DNA of 64,000 nt, from assembly GCA_052426225.1 (NCBI GenBank), contig JBNJNM010000021.1, positions 2,914,001-2,978,000 on the forward strand. Reading direction: 5' to 3'. The stretch is from Zancudomyces culisetae HAW-14-8 (taxonomy: Eukaryota > Fungi > Kickxellomycota). Position numbers and translations under genes: made by a program. Positions 42,990 to 56,539 of this stretch are shown here, one piece after another. Under the pieces are notes generated by a model. That model ran no database searches, was not told the DNA's origin, and was given only the letters and a program-made list of their open reading frames with translations. Position 1 is the stretch's first letter; each line of letters starts with the position of its first letter.

Positions 42990-45447
42990 TTAATAGTAGC
43001 GCTCCACAAGGTACATGGATGACAACGATGAGGGGTCAAGAGGGTCGTGTGATAAAACAGGATCGATTTGGTACATTATTTCGGAAGCAGGTGTGGATTT
43101 TGCAGAAGCAGAGGCAGACTTGTTTTTCGAACTTTTTTTAGAATCCTTTTTGGAGTCCTTTTTGGAGGATTTGGGGGTCTTTTCCTTTGCAGGTGCGGAG
43201 ACGTTGGATTTGGAAGCCAAATTTGCGGCTTTTCCATCAGGAATGCTAATAAAGTTGGGGGATTTGTCGGTGAATGAATCAAGGACAAAGTAGCCCTTAC
43301 GTTCAAACTGAATAATGTCGCCGATATTGAGATTGAGTACATTAGGGTCGACGAGTGCAGGGGTTTCAAAGATGGTGGGAGTGGTGGTTAAAACAGATGT
43401 GAAATCGTCAGACTCATCGAGTTTTGGCTTGTTAATCAGATAGTCATAGTCCAATAATGTGGCATTTGCGGAAGTGGCGGTAGACAACCAAGTGACTTTT
43501 TTGGAGGTAAGCTTGTAATCACCCTTAAGGTTCAGTTCCAAAGTGATCGAGTTGTTTGGCAGGTCAATGGAGCGAACAAAGGCATTGCCCAAATCCATTA
43601 GAGTGATTTCTTCGTTGAGAGCAAAGGAAGAGACGTCGTCGTGTTCGAGATAGATTTCGTTAGAGTAGGTGATGGATTTGGAACCGAGGTCGGGATTCTT
43701 TTTGTGCTTGGGCAAGGAGCGCTGTTCGGGGGCAGCAAACGCGTCGGGGCCAGTTAGAGTAGCAGTTATACAACCCTGAGCTTTGACGGCAGTAAATCTA
43801 GGAGCTACGGGATCGATGACTTTTTTGTTGAGTGCCCACAACTTGTCCCATTCCAAAAGCAACTGGTTCTGTGATGCTCCTTGCATCAAAACGTACTGTT
43901 TAAGTGCAGAGATAGTTAAACCTCTGCGACGGATTCCTCGAACAGTTGGGAAACGGGGATCATCCCAGCCTGTAACCAAGTTTTGGTCAACAAACCACTG
44001 CAGCTTGCGCTTGGACAATAGAGTATAAACAAAGTTAAGGCGTGAGAAATCACAAATCTGAACTTTGCGTAGGGAGAGTGTATCGATGAACCAATAGTAC
44101 ATTGGGTTGCGATCGCGGTACTCGTTGGAGCGCAGAGCATGCGTCACACCTTCAAGTGCATCAACAATAGGAACAGCAAAGTCGTAGAGTGGATATGCTT
44201 TGTATTTGGTGCCAGTACGGTGATGTGGGGTCAAATTGATACGGAAGATGACGGGATCTCTAAGTGCCTTGTTCTTGTCGTCAACGCTAATCTTGGCGCG
44301 CAGACAGTACCCTTTGCTGATTGCCTCTTCGCTGCCCTTGATTATTTCACTAAATCGTGCCTTGTTCTCCTCTATGCTAAGGTCTCGACATCTACTCTTT
44401 TCACCATGCATACGCTGTTCACGCATTGTTGCCTGGTCAGTGTCATCAACGTACGCCTTGCCAATCTCGATCAGTTTCCATGCATACTCTTCTAGCTTGT
44501 CAAAGTAGTCTGACGTGTGTGTAATCTGGTCTGCCTTGATTCCCAAAAGCCTCAAATCCTCCACTATTGACTCCTCAAACTCTTCCTTCTCCTTTGTTGG
44601 GTTTGTATCGTCAAACCGGACTATCAGCCTTCCTCCATTGCTCTTGGCTATGTGCTCATTCAAAAGTGCTGCCTTTGCATGTCCAATATGCAAATAGCCA
44701 CTGGGTTCTGGTGGGAACCGTGTGCATACTTTTCCGTACTCCAAGTTCTTCAACCCGAGTTCGAAGTTACCCTGGTCCTCCTTCTTTCCCCCAGCCTTTT
44801 CATCAACACGTTTGCTAAACCCTTCCATCACTGCCTTTCCGGTAGATGTTTCCATAATGTGTTTATACCACCTCTTTACATTTTCCCCAATTTGCTCACT
44901 GTTAGCTTTAATGTTCTTCTGGAACGCCGCAGAGCCCCGCAGTACCCCCCACACTAACTCATCTGCAATCGTGCTTTCGTATCCTGCAAGGTAGCTTCTC
45001 ATCTTTAAATGTTCCTCAAGCTTTGCTGTGCCCTCCAAAAACTTGCTGAATCCTCCTTTGCTCATCTCCTTTCCAAGAGTAACATATTCCTTGATTTCCT
45101 CGTCCTTTATTGCCACTATTTCCAAAAGCTTTTCGACAACCTGCTCCTCTCCGAGCAAATCTGCACCGCCTTGGCCACCTGTTTTGCTTAGCTTAGCATT
45201 GAGTTTTTCTTTACCTGTACCCACATTGTTTCCAGCAGTCCATTCGACCTTTACTGTTGTTTCTTTGGAATTTGCATTGATGTGCTCTGCTACTGCTGCC
45301 GCAACTATTTTTTGTTTTTTTTATACCCATCAGTCAATTATATTTCACTTTAAGAACTCGCTACAAAACCAAAATTAAAACCAGTAAAAAGTACTTACTA
45401 AATGGAATCGGCGAGCCCTTTTGCGCTAGTACCAGATTGTAACTCAT
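42990..45447 (-). CDS. GUS1: Cytoplasmic glutamyl-tRNA synthetase; exons 45447-45399 and 45304-42990
   Basis: RFPPEPSGYLHIGHAKA (HIGH), LLSKRK, GST-like N-terminus, FERKGYF; the GTAAGT...TAG intron 45398-45305 joins MSYNLVLAQKGSPIPF in frame. Confidence 0.95.
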
Positions 45448-46322
45448 TTTGCAAACTTTTTCCTTTTGATTATTTTCTTTTTACTTTATACACTTTTTCT
45501 AATTATAAAAGATTACGCCTGCTAACTGTTATTTGAGCACTTTAGTTCTAATTGCACTTTAATTCACCTTTGCAGCTAAACAGTGTCGCTTTCTTTAATG
45601 TCAATAAAAAATTTTTTTAGTTCATGATTTATTTCATTGCTGTCATTGGGTAATTGATATTTTCCCTCTCCACTTTTGAAAAATAATATTGATCAGTAAT
45701 TAAATGTAAATTACACCTATATATGTCTGAATGAAGCGTTTCCAGTTTTCCAAAAGGGAGTTTTGAGGTAGTAAAATAGATAGTTCTATTCTTTTCCAAG
45801 CTACTATTCTAGAAACGCTAAATATATACTGTGCTTTCATAAGTTCTGACCAATCCTTTATTTTTTGTTTTTCTGAGAGATGTTCTTGTTATATTATCCG
45901 TTTTGACATAATTATCCTAGACTCTAGTACTATCTTTCAGGCGGGAAAAAGAAAAAAGGAGAATTAGACTATTTTACTCAAATGGAAGTAATATGAATAG
46001 TTTACGCAGCTTGAGCTTGAATCTGGAAGCTTTCAGTAATCACGAGAACTATCTTTTCTAAATTGTCCCATAAAACCCAAAAAATGGAATTTTTTCCACA
46101 TCAACCATTTCACTCAAATCATTTCCAACAGTTATAATCTTTGTAGTGATACATTCGCTGCGCAGCAAACGATGGTGTAGCCCAAGTATTTGTAAGGGAA
46201 AGATATATAATCAAGCTAATTTCCACTACGCTGGTTGCGATCAATTCTGTTTGGATTACCTTTATATCATTCAAACAATCAAAGTTAAAAAATAAGATTA
46301 AATCAATTATATTAACAACATA

Positions 46323-49300
46323 ATGGATGATAGCAGCAGTAGCAGTGTTTTCTACAAACTTCCAGAATGTATTCTGTCAACTATATTTGTACTTGTCCAA
46401 AACCCCTATTTATCATCACTGAACAAAAGTATGTACTATGCCTCCCAAATGGTGAGTACAATCAGCAAGTATATTCTTAAATACGTCGTATCATATACAT
46501 GGAGTTCCCCGATAAAAAAAATGTTAAGAATTTTCGAAGAATACACCAGGATAGCTATGATTGAAACAGTTGGAATTTTAGTCTTTAAAAGACTCAGAAA
46601 GTTGGAATACGAAACTGCTCTAAATCTGGCAGTAAAATACAATTGGAGGAAAATACTAAGTAAACTGCTTAAAATGTACCTTGTGATTGACAAAAATACA
46701 TCAACTGTTGTATACCAGGGAACTTTATTTATGAAAGAGCACGAGTATCTAGACATCAATATTGAACATTTATCATTAAATATGAACGAATTACTTAGCG
46801 ATCACAAAGATATCAAAATTTCTGAGTGTCTTTGTGTAAGACCACTAATCACTCAACAAATAGGTTTTTTACTGAACAAAGAAATATGTAGTACCGTAAA
46901 AGGTGTATCTGCTGGGATGTTAGTGGATGTCTGCAATACCAAAATCGAAATTCCTCTAGAAATATCTGGGTCTGTTGGGAGCGAGACGAGATTTATTGAT
47001 AGCAAATACATGATATTTTGCATATTGGTCTATGCAGATGAAGTCTGCGAAGCGGATAACTTTGAGCAGTTAAAACGGATTTTGGATTTAAAAACCGACA
47101 CAGAATTCACTATTCAAGAACTGGAACGGATTAAAAATGAGTTTTACGCTGACACATTTTGGAGACTTGTTAATTTTATTGATGAATACGAATACACAAC
47201 TAAAATGGGCTTTTTGATCTATATTGCATGTTCATACTATTCGATTTCTTGGGATAAGGAAAATTTAATAAAATACCTTGAAGATAACTGCTCTATAGAC
47301 ACCCACAAACAGATACTCTTTGATACAGCAGTACACCATAAAAAGGAAAGTTTGGTGAAAAATTACATGTTACAAGTGGAATTAAACTCGGAAAATATCA
47401 GTAAAATAACAGCGTTGGCGTTTCAACTAGATAGTATTGAGCTTATTAAACTTCTGGTAGAGAACAGTGATAGACTGAAAGGGGTTCTAGATGAAAATGC
47501 TTTGAAAACAGTTATAAAGAAAAAGGACTATTCATTGGCACAAGTAATTATCAATAATTATCCAAATACTGTAACAATTTTCTGTCTAGAGGAAGCAGTA
47601 AAAATCGGGAGTATCAGAATCGCCAATTTACTGATCGAAGCTGGGGTAGACTTAAAATCATCAAGATTCACGGGAACTGCAATTGCTAGCAAAAACAGAG
47701 ATATGGATATGTTGCGGTTATTGTTGAAAAATGGTGCTTCTGCCAATTCAGATGCACGAGCTGCTATCCGACATCTGTGTGATATCGATAACCATGAGAT
47801 AGCAGAACTTCTGGTAGAAGAATTTAATAAAGATATTTCCAGACTAAAAGCTTCAAAAGCAATAGATGAGGTCAGAACAAGGCTGAGGTTTAACAAAACA
47901 CTAATGTGTCTGACTAAAAGGGTAGCATGTAATTTTTGGGCTAGTGAGAAAAGTGATATTTCATTCGAAGGGTTTGAGTATAGCATAAGATTTTGTGAAG
48001 ACCTGTTGATGTGTATCAGTTCAGAAAAAAGGGATCTAGCGAATAATACAACTTTTAATATAATAGGCTATTTAGTTAAATACCATTATAATCTGTGGTA
48101 TAAAAAAACTTTTTATACCAAATTTTGTAATGTAATTCACTGTATAATAGAAAATGATCTAGAAGAAACGTTGAAACATTCTGAATGCGATGAAGCCAAC
48201 TATAATAGACATGCTGACAATAAACTAGAACCGAATTATAAATATCATGAGATAACAAAATCCGAATTAGCAATCCGAAACTTTGAAATGCTGAAACTAT
48301 TGATTGAGTATGAAATGGATGTTAGTTCAGCTGATGGTTTGATTTTAAAAACAGCATACAAGGTAGGTGATATCGGGTGGATAAATTACTTTATTAGTAA
48401 AGGTATGAAACTAAAAGGAAGATTGAATGGATTTGAAGAAGCTTGTAAATCAGACAAAGTAGAGGTATTGAAACACTGGATAAAGAATGGTGGTATGGTA
48501 CCTAAGAATCCAAAACATTCTTGCATTAACATGGCATGTTTACTGGGTAACTTTGGTATCGTTAAACTGTTGGTGGAGAATGGAGTTGATTTGAGTGATC
48601 CAAACCGTAATGGAATCAGGATAGCATATATGCTGGGACTCGGGAGTATACTAGAATATCTCCTAGAAAATAATGCTACACTAGGGAACATTTGTGGGTA
48701 TCAGTTGGAGTATGCGTGTTTTATCGAGAATATTGAGTTATTAAAAACGATTCTTGAGTATTATGATGGTTTGGGAGTATTGGAAAGAAAGGACAAAATA
48801 AATACAAAGAAGAGGAAAAGAGTACAAGATTTTGATTGCTTGGATCATGAAAACACCGGTAAACTCGAAGAATACAAGATTACTAAAACTTTACTTGAAA
48901 AGGGTGAAAATATCCAGAATAGTGATTTGTTGAATGGAGTAAAGATTGCAATTGAAATGGATAATATTAAAACACTGAAAATACTATTAGCCTACAAGAT
49001 TGATTTCTGTAATCATTCTGAAGTACTAATAGCTGTCATAGGAAATAAAAATATCGACATGATTAAATTACTTTTGAAGAATGGACTCAATGTCAAAACC
49101 AACAAGTATATTATAAATGTAGCGCTTGATACAAAAAACTTTGAAATTATCAGATTGTTACTGGAACATGGAGTACAAGTGGATAAAGATTCAGACAACT
49201 TGGATTGTTTAATTACAGGTGATATTAAAATACTAAAACTGGTACTTTCATATCGTCCTTATATCGGTGGTAGTTCTCGCCTACTTGAAACTGCTATTGG

Positions 49301-49724
49301 GTTAAATAAACTAGAGACAGTTAAATTGCTTTTAAAAGATACCACCTCCTTAAAAGATAGCAAATATAATCATGTTCTCCAGGCATGTAAGAGGAACAAT
49401 ACAGAAATGTTGAAAATGTTGTTGGAGAAGGGAGTAAAAATAAAAAGAGGACGCAAGAGCGGAGTGATTCAGGCTTGCGAAAATAATAATCTGAAAATGC
49501 TGAAACTTTTATTTGAAAATAACGCAAGGTTACTAAAGAAGGACTATGGGCTTAGAGAAGCATGTTACCATAGAAATTTAGAGTTAATCAAACTGCTGTT
49601 AAAGTATGGTGCTGATATAAGTAGGCACATTGGATCGATCATGAAGATTGCGAAAGACCTGGATGATCACGAGTTGATTGAGTTTTGTCAAAATAAAGGC
49701 AGTGGAAATTTGGAACTAGGATAG
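46323..49724 (+). CDS. Ankyrin-repeat protein (1133 aa) with F-box-like N-terminus
   Basis: Many A(C)xxGNxxIVKLLxxxGxD units; N-terminal KLPECILSTIF...LSSLNKSMY; intronless. Confidence 0.85.
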   Translation: MDDSSSSSVFYKLPECILSTIFVLVQNPYLSSLNKSMYYASQMVSTISKYILKYVVSYTWSSPIKKMLRIFEEYTRIAMIETVGILVFKRLRKLEYETALNLAVKYNWRKILSKLLKMYLVIDKNTSTVVYQGTLFMKEHEYLDINIEHLSLNMNELLSDHKDIKISECLCVRPLITQQIGFLLNKEICSTVKGVSAGMLVDVCNTKIEIPLEISGSVGSETRFIDSKYMIFCILVYADEVCEADNFEQLKRILDLKTDTEFTIQELERIKNEFYADTFWRLVNFIDEYEYTTKMGFLIYIACSYYSISWDKENLIKYLEDNCSIDTHKQILFDTAVHHKKESLVKNYMLQVELNSENISKITALAFQLDSIELIKLLVENSDRLKGVLDENALKTVIKKKDYSLAQVIINNYPNTVTIFCLEEAVKIGSIRIANLLIEAGVDLKSSRFTGTAIASKNRDMDMLRLLLKNGASANSDARAAIRHLCDIDNHEIAELLVEEFNKDISRLKASKAIDEVRTRLRFNKTLMCLTKRVACNFWASEKSDISFEGFEYSIRFCEDLLMCISSEKRDLANNTTFNIIGYLVKYHYNLWYKKTFYTKFCNVIHCIIENDLEETLKHSECDEANYNRHADNKLEPNYKYHEITKSELAIRNFEMLKLLIEYEMDVSSADGLILKTAYKVGDIGWINYFISKGMKLKGRLNGFEEACKSDKVEVLKHWIKNGGMVPKNPKHSCINMACLLGNFGIVKLLVENGVDLSDPNRNGIRIAYMLGLGSILEYLLENNATLGNICGYQLEYACFIENIELLKTILEYYDGLGVLERKDKINTKKRKRVQDFDCLDHENTGKLEEYKITKTLLEKGENIQNSDLLNGVKIAIEMDNIKTLKILLAYKIDFCNHSEVLIAVIGNKNIDMIKLLLKNGLNVKTNKYIINVALDTKNFEIIRLLLEHGVQVDKDSDNLDCLITGDIKILKLVLSYRPYIGGSSRLLETAIGLNKLETVKLLLKDTTSLKDSKYNHVLQACKRNNTEMLKMLLEKGVKIKRGRKSGVIQACENNNLKMLKLLFENNARLLKKDYGLREACYHRNLELIKLLLKYGADISRHIGSIMKIAKDLDDHELIEFCQNKGSGNLELG

Positions 49725-50388
49725 ATGATGCATATTAGTTGTTTGGACAAACATATTTGTGATTCCAAGGTAGTAGTATAAGGTTAAATCACGCAACTTA
49801 TACCTTATTAATCAATATCTGGTGGATTTTAAGTGCAAGAAATAGTTGAACATATTATTCTTGAATCTTTTCCAAAATTAAGAAAAACAAGAAGCGAGTA
49901 TAGTAAAAGTGAAATGTTGAGGAATAGGTTGAATGGACAATCTCTAGGATTATTTTCTTTGTAGTTTACTGTGATATTTATTTTATAAATTATAGTGGAA
50001 AAAGTATATCGATCTAAAAACACTATCAAACATAGCTATCTATTAAGCTCACTAAATTTTAAAGCTTGATTGCTATTATAAAGATACTTATACACCCATG
50101 GCCCGCAAACCTCTACAACATTCTTTTTTTTGCAAAGGGCATAGCTATGGTATTCAGAGGATATTCTCAGGTGTATCTATTAGACACCCAGCTAGTTGTG
50201 GCTGTCTTGTGTCTACACAAATATGATTTCTACATACTATATCCGTTGATACCTTTTCAACGTTGTATCATAGTTCAATTAAATCTCAGAGGTAAACTAT
50301 TATTACAACACTTTTATATCAGTATATCTGCTATATACCATTTTTATAGTGTTTTTTATGAAACCAGCTTTCCCTATCCGTTTGATAT

Positions 50389-50586
50389 CTAGTAAACATA
50401 ACTTCTTGCTTCACCAAGATACCCAGGTGTAGAGTAGTAGTTTACTTTAGTCACAGGGTGGTATTTTTCGGTTATAGTCCTAGAGCTCTGGTTGCTTTTG
50501 ATGCTTCCTGCAACATTCTTTTCTACAGTTTCTCTTGCAACAATGCTTTTTATGAAACTCTTTCCTAATCCACTACGGAAATCCAT
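50389..50586 (-). CDS. Possible 65-aa small protein of unknown function
   Basis: ATG in an A-rich context (CAACAAAAAAAAATG), GC above flanks, soluble basic composition; no recognised domain. Confidence 0.35.
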   Translation of the reverse strand: MDFRSGLGKSFIKSIVARETVEKNVAGSIKSNQSSRTITEKYHPVTKVNYYSTPGYLGEARSYVY

Positions 50587-50624
50587 TTTTTTTTGTTGTA
50601 TTTTTGAAGTTTGTTTTTCTATTG

Positions 50625-50655
<31 letters not shown>

Positions 50656-52784
50656 AGTAATAAATATATCATAAGATGTTCTAAATCGACTTGATGATTT
50701 ATTTTAAAGATATTCAGAGAAATTTAGTCTAGTATTTATACTAAAAACATCCTTGAACAGTATTCATGAACAGTTAAATTCAATAAACCCGCGGCTAGTG
50801 TTTTATTAAAGTTGAGTATATTACAGATATGTCCACTTCAATGTCACCAATATACCGCAGTATTAAACTAAATTCTGTATACTAAAGATATCATGAAGTA
50901 GTTTGATGGTTTTGCTGACAAATCATATTCCTTCTGTGACTAGAACAAGACAACAAAAGATAATAAAATATACAATATTTAGTAAAAATTGTTTCTTTAC
51001 CGTGGGAATCACATCTAAAGTTTACTTGGATTAAATAATTTAGCTAAAATTACATTGTTAATTACAATATGAGATGTTTTTCAGTCACTTATTATGTCGT
51101 CTTTGTAAGGTGTTATGAGCAACAGAACCACAACCAGGTTTATTTTATTATTTTCAGAGTGTTTCATTTCCACCATGAAGAAAGTGGTGTAGTAGTGTGT
51201 CATCTAGATACGTAAATACATTGTGTGATCTGTGCCTGCGCAGTGTTCTTCAAAATATCGATCCATTTTAGCTACCTATCCTTGTAAATGTCTTTTTTTT
51301 TCTTTAGTCAATGTGCAATAGATTAGTAATACGATTTCAACCATCAACATTATTACCAGATAGTTTATTCCAGCCAATCACGTGTAAATACTGGGTAAAT
51401 AATCTGCTCAACACCAATTACAAATGAGATCCTCTGACCTCTCACCCATGAGATTCCATTCCATTCCACTCCATACACATTCACCATTGGTTCGGGGGAA
51501 ACAGTTTGTTAGTAAAGCTCTCTGTTGGTAAGGAAAGTTAATGTAGAATTTAAAAATACAGAATAACTGCGGAAAGGGCAATTCCAGAATAGAGATCCCC
51601 ACCTCCCCAATCCTTATACTATTCCCTTTGCAAAATAATAGACTCCGCAGTAAATACAAGGATAGTTGGGTGTTTTTATATATTGTGGTGAAAACTACTT
51701 TTCATAAGATTTACTTGTACTTTTGCACTTGTTTTATGGAATCGCATAACATATAAATTACAACTGAAAATTAAAGTATGCTCATTGTAGATAGAAATGG
51801 GCAAATCTTGATCAAGTTCTAGGTGCTACTATTGTGTAAATCTTTGATACTTATGTTTAGTACATAATTTAACGTTCGTTTACGCTTTTCTTCAATAATA
51901 TGTTGAAAAACTTGACGTGTTTGATACGGTTGATCATATTAGCAAAAGAATACAAACAACGTATATCGACACTTGAAAACTCATAATGTTTAGTATAAAT
52001 AGAGGAATCCTTAAAAATTTTGCAAGCAGTGTATAGCAATATATAAACGTATCTATTAACTCGTCTATTACATCTCGTAGGGGTCTTGATAATACTTTAT
52101 CTTCTGAATCCCTATCAATTATGTTTTGAACGTTTACACAGACTACACAAACAACACAGACTATTTTCATGAATTTTTTACTTTAGGCTTTTATCCTGGC
52201 CAAATTATCCCTTAGGAACGGTTTTTACTTTCTTTCAACCTGTTTCTTTTTAATAAATAAATATTTTGTTCTATAGTCACAGGTCTTTGACAGCATCTCA
52301 TTAACTAGTCTCTTTTTCAACAACTTTTTTTTATTATGCCTGAATAGCATTATTTGCTTTTTTAAAGTATTTAATATTATATGAGATTTATTTTATCTAT
52401 ATATTATTATGGAATCTATCTCTGTTGGGTTTATATCGCAATCCCAACAGAGTAGATCATAAGTATATCAAAAATACCTACTCATATTTTAATACAGTAA
52501 AATAACTAGGTATCAATTAGAAAATGAAATGAATCCAACAAATTAAAACTAAACTAAAATATTGTACGACGATCTTATTGGAAAGCTTTATTTACATTTT
52601 TAGAATAAACAAAGATAATAAGCGATTTACAGAGTTTGCATTTAATTTAGATTGAAATACCCTTTTAACTATAATACAAAATAACAATAAGGAAAAATAA
52701 CATATTGTCAAACATACAGTAGAATTATAAACACTAATCTTATTATATAGCTAGTCATAGTCTAACCTGAACATCGATTCTCAG

Positions 52785-55700
52785 TCACAAATCAATTCTG
52801 AAAATGGAGAATTTTAGGAAAAATGAGTTTGAAAAACCGATGGATCGACGGGTTAGCTTTGCCTCAAAACTGCGAGTAAAGTAAGAAAACTTGTTTTATT
52901 CTTTGCTTAATTCATTTACAGGAAATACATTTGACTGTTATTAGTGTTAATATTTGATTCTATATTAACAGAGATTTAATACAAACTTTTTATATATTCA
53001 TCGAAAATAGAAACATTGATACGAAAAAATGGAACGATGACAAAAGAAGGCAAACAGTAAATAGTATGGACAATGGCAAGAAAGATGGGAATGATGGGAA
53101 TGGAGGTGAAAGTAGTGGTAGTGGAGGAGATGGCAAAGTGTTGGAAGTTAAAAAAGCATCCTTAGCGTGGGGTAGTGCAAAGAGGGAGGGGTTGGACAGC
53201 TTGAACAGCCATAACAGTGATGCCAGCGATCAGGAGGATTTTAAGTTAAATGTGTTTGAACCCATCGAATTTAATCAACAACCGGAGAACAAGTAAGAGA
53301 TTTTATTGTAGACTCATTCTAAAATTTGTCAATATTTTGATGCTTTTATTGTCTAACAATCGCCAATCATGGCGAATGCGAAGAATACTAAAAAAAATGG
53401 CAATACAAAATACAAAATTAACAAGAATGTAAAATTGCAATTGATAATTAAATTTAGTGGCGACGAAGACAGTACACATGAAATCACGATGACAGGAATT
53501 GGGATTGTCGAGGAAAGAAACGAAATGCCTTATGGTCGGTCATTTGAGCAGGAGGAGAGTTTTGAAGTGAGTATGTATGAATCAACAGAGGAATCAATGA
53601 TGGATTTTGGTTCGATAAGTGAGGGAAATACTGGGCCACATAAAATCGAACTTGAAATACCAGTCATTAATAGCGAGAGGAGTGATATGGGTGGTGTTGA
53701 TGATGATAGCGAGGATGATAGCGAGGATGAGAGCGAGAGTGAGGACGATGAGTTTGGTTCGTACAATGATAACAAAACAGCGGATCTTACAGGTGCCTTA
53801 AAGAGAAGCCGAGAGCTTAATGCACTCAATACAGGCACAGGTGTTGATGAGACGGGAAAGTTATTTGATTTTATTCAAAATGAGGTTGTGGATACGGAGC
53901 AAACCGGTACAGGTGTGGTTAATAATGATACGGAGACAGGAATGGAATTCACAGAGTTTTATAACGAGGTTAATCCGAATATTGCAGTTGGTGGTGAGTG
54001 GGTAATTTACATAACTCAAAACTTATTATCTTTAGTTAGTATGCGAATCCGTAAAACAAAATATAATAAATAACAAATATAGAGGATACCAATATGGAGA
54101 TAACACAATTGTATGCATCAAATGTTGAAAACATGTCTGTGGAGATGAATGAAGAGGTTTTGGATTTTGGGAGCATGATCAGCAATGATGGTGCTGTGCT
54201 GACAGAGCATCCAGACGACATTACTACGTCGTTACCCATACATATTCCATTGCCCACGCCTTTGAAGAGTGCAATGGGAAGTACAAGTATTAACATCCAG
54301 AGTGTACAGGAGGAAAATAAGGAGGATATCGAGCAACGAAATTGGCCAAATGTTGTGGATGTTTTAGAAATAAGGAAAAACGAGTGTATAGAGATGGAAA
54401 AGTTTGATGTTTATCCATCTCCTGAGGCTCTTGAAAGGTTTAGAAATGAAAACCAAGTTGGTAGTGAAAAAGAAAAACACCCCAAATTTGTAATTTCAAA
54501 AGTCAATCAAAACTTGATAAGACTCATTGAACAGTTTAAAGAGAGGTTGAGAGTGGCTAGTACAGATTTGGGTCTCTTGAGTGATAAGGTAACTGAAAGA
54601 AACGCTGCAATTTTTCAAAAATATTTTGAAACAGATAGTAAAGGTGAAATTATTTTGAATACTTCGGGCCGGTCATTAGCTGATCAGGTAAAGAAGAAGT
54701 GTACTGAGGAGCTTTCTAGCAATGAATACCAGTCAAAAGAAAAGCTAAAACGAGAGTTAAAAGAGACATTGCAACGAATAACGCGCGATAAACTTGTACT
54801 TCAACAAAAAACCAGCGAGGTCGAGAACTAGACAGACAGAAGCAGCAAGAAATCGCTATTTTGGAACAAAACATGGAAGAGAAGCGTAAACAGCTTGAAG
54901 ACATTCAAAGCAAAATTAGCGAACAGTGGAACTCAAGGGAGTTAAAGAGGCCAAGTTGGACAGTTGCAAGAAAAAGTAAAAAATTTGAGGTTGCAAGAAG
55001 AAATTTGGAGAAAGTCGAGTGAACAAAGCAAAGAGGCACATCTGGAGCTTTTGGAGGAGCTTGATAGAACAAAGCAGCTGCAGAACCATCAGAATCAGCA
55101 ATTTCGGGACAAGATATTTTGAAAATGAAGCAGGAGAACAGGGTGTTGGAAGAAATCAACCACATCAGGGTTTCCCAATCCTCATCAAAACGATTGTGTT
55201 TACATACGAAGATTATGCTAGTGTATCAATAACTTTGGAACCCAACAATAACTGGCTAGAGGGAAGAAACCATGCGACGTGATGAGAGTCTATTTAATGA
55301 TAGCCGCAACTACAAAATTGAAATTGAAATGGTCAAATCACCGTTTGAATTTGATGAGTTTAAACCAGGAGTTCTGATTGATCGATAGTGTCAGCTTGGC
55401 TAGTATGTTTGAGTATGTAGTAGCCAAAATCCAGGAAGCCAAGGCAAAGAAACCCAAACTAGGGTACATTGTCAGGAGTGCAATCAAGTATCTGAATGCC
55501 ATTTCCGTTCTATCGAAGGATCTATTCTTGTTAAACACCAGATTCAAATCAAAGTTATTCTTCAAGCCCGAGCTAAGCATGCCAGTGGTTATTGAATCTG
55601 AAATGTATTTGCACAACTACTCCACAAAAGTTGTATCCAAGTTGCACTCCCGTTTCCACCCACCCTTTCTATTGACTGTTCATCTCTATCCACAACTCAT

Positions 55701-56254
55701 GGCATAATTGGCACTCCAAAACCAAAGCTGAAAAAACCCAGAAAATCAAACACTTTTATGCCAGGTTCGGCGGGTACAAAACTGATAAGGATTTGCTAAA
55801 CATTGACACGGTTCATATCGACCCTGAATGCTATTTCCACCTCAAAAACCCATCTTTTGCTTATTGGATTCCAGGAAACTCAACTGTTTTGGTGAGAAAA
55901 TCGTTGTCTGAAGACAATAGTTCGGAGGTTGTTACCGCAACAGATGGCGGTTACTCCACAGTTTTATCTATTGAGTTTCACTACGGACAACCGATTGCTG
56001 CGTTGGCCGACATTACACAATATACTTCGCCTTCATCAAAAAAGAGAGGTGCTGACCATGTGGATAATAGCGTGCTTGAGCTGAAAGATAAACTGGATTC
56101 ACTGTACAGCAATGTTATCATGTCCGGCTATGATCGTGACAAGCTCAGCAGGAGTGATATTCATCTAAAGCCATCTGTATCAACTAGTGGCCATAACAGC
56201 GATAATATTCTTCTGTTCCATGAGTCTATTTACAAGTATTTGCTCGGTTCATAG
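52785..56254 (+). CDS. SPC105: Kinetochore scaffold Spc105/Spc7/KNL1; introns 52881-53010, 53293-53457, 53994-54082; first exon not located; many frameshifts at 54800-55790
   Basis: SILK (52792-52803) and RRVSF PP1-docking motifs, MELT-like HEIT/MEFT/MEIT, coiled coil, then a globular C-terminus; all three GT-AG introns keep frame. Confidence 0.82.
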
Positions 56255-56539
56255 ACCAAAATATTCATTCGATAAATGTGTTTTACAATCTCGTTATTTT
56301 TGTTGTTTACTACTACGTGTTTTAGCCAATAGTACACTCGGGTTTGTTTATTGCTAAAAATTTTCATGTTTTTTTTTCTTGAGAATTGAATAAATTGACA
56401 AAGATAACTATTAATGCAATTTAAACCTATTTGTATAATTTAATACCACCGAATATACCACGCATATATAAGCTTATTAATATAAATTCAACAGAACTGA
56501 AGGGTGCACAATTAGAACATAAAATTACGAATTTTCGAA

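Noticed and set aside
43015-45378. Many antisense and alternate-frame ORFs over GUS1, the pol genes and RTT109
   Set aside because: Shadow ORFs of real coding sequence with no independent motifs.
51934-52170. 78-aa hydrophobic ORF
   Set aside because: Low-complexity start (VCVVCVVCV) and AT-driven hydrophobicity; no supporting signal.
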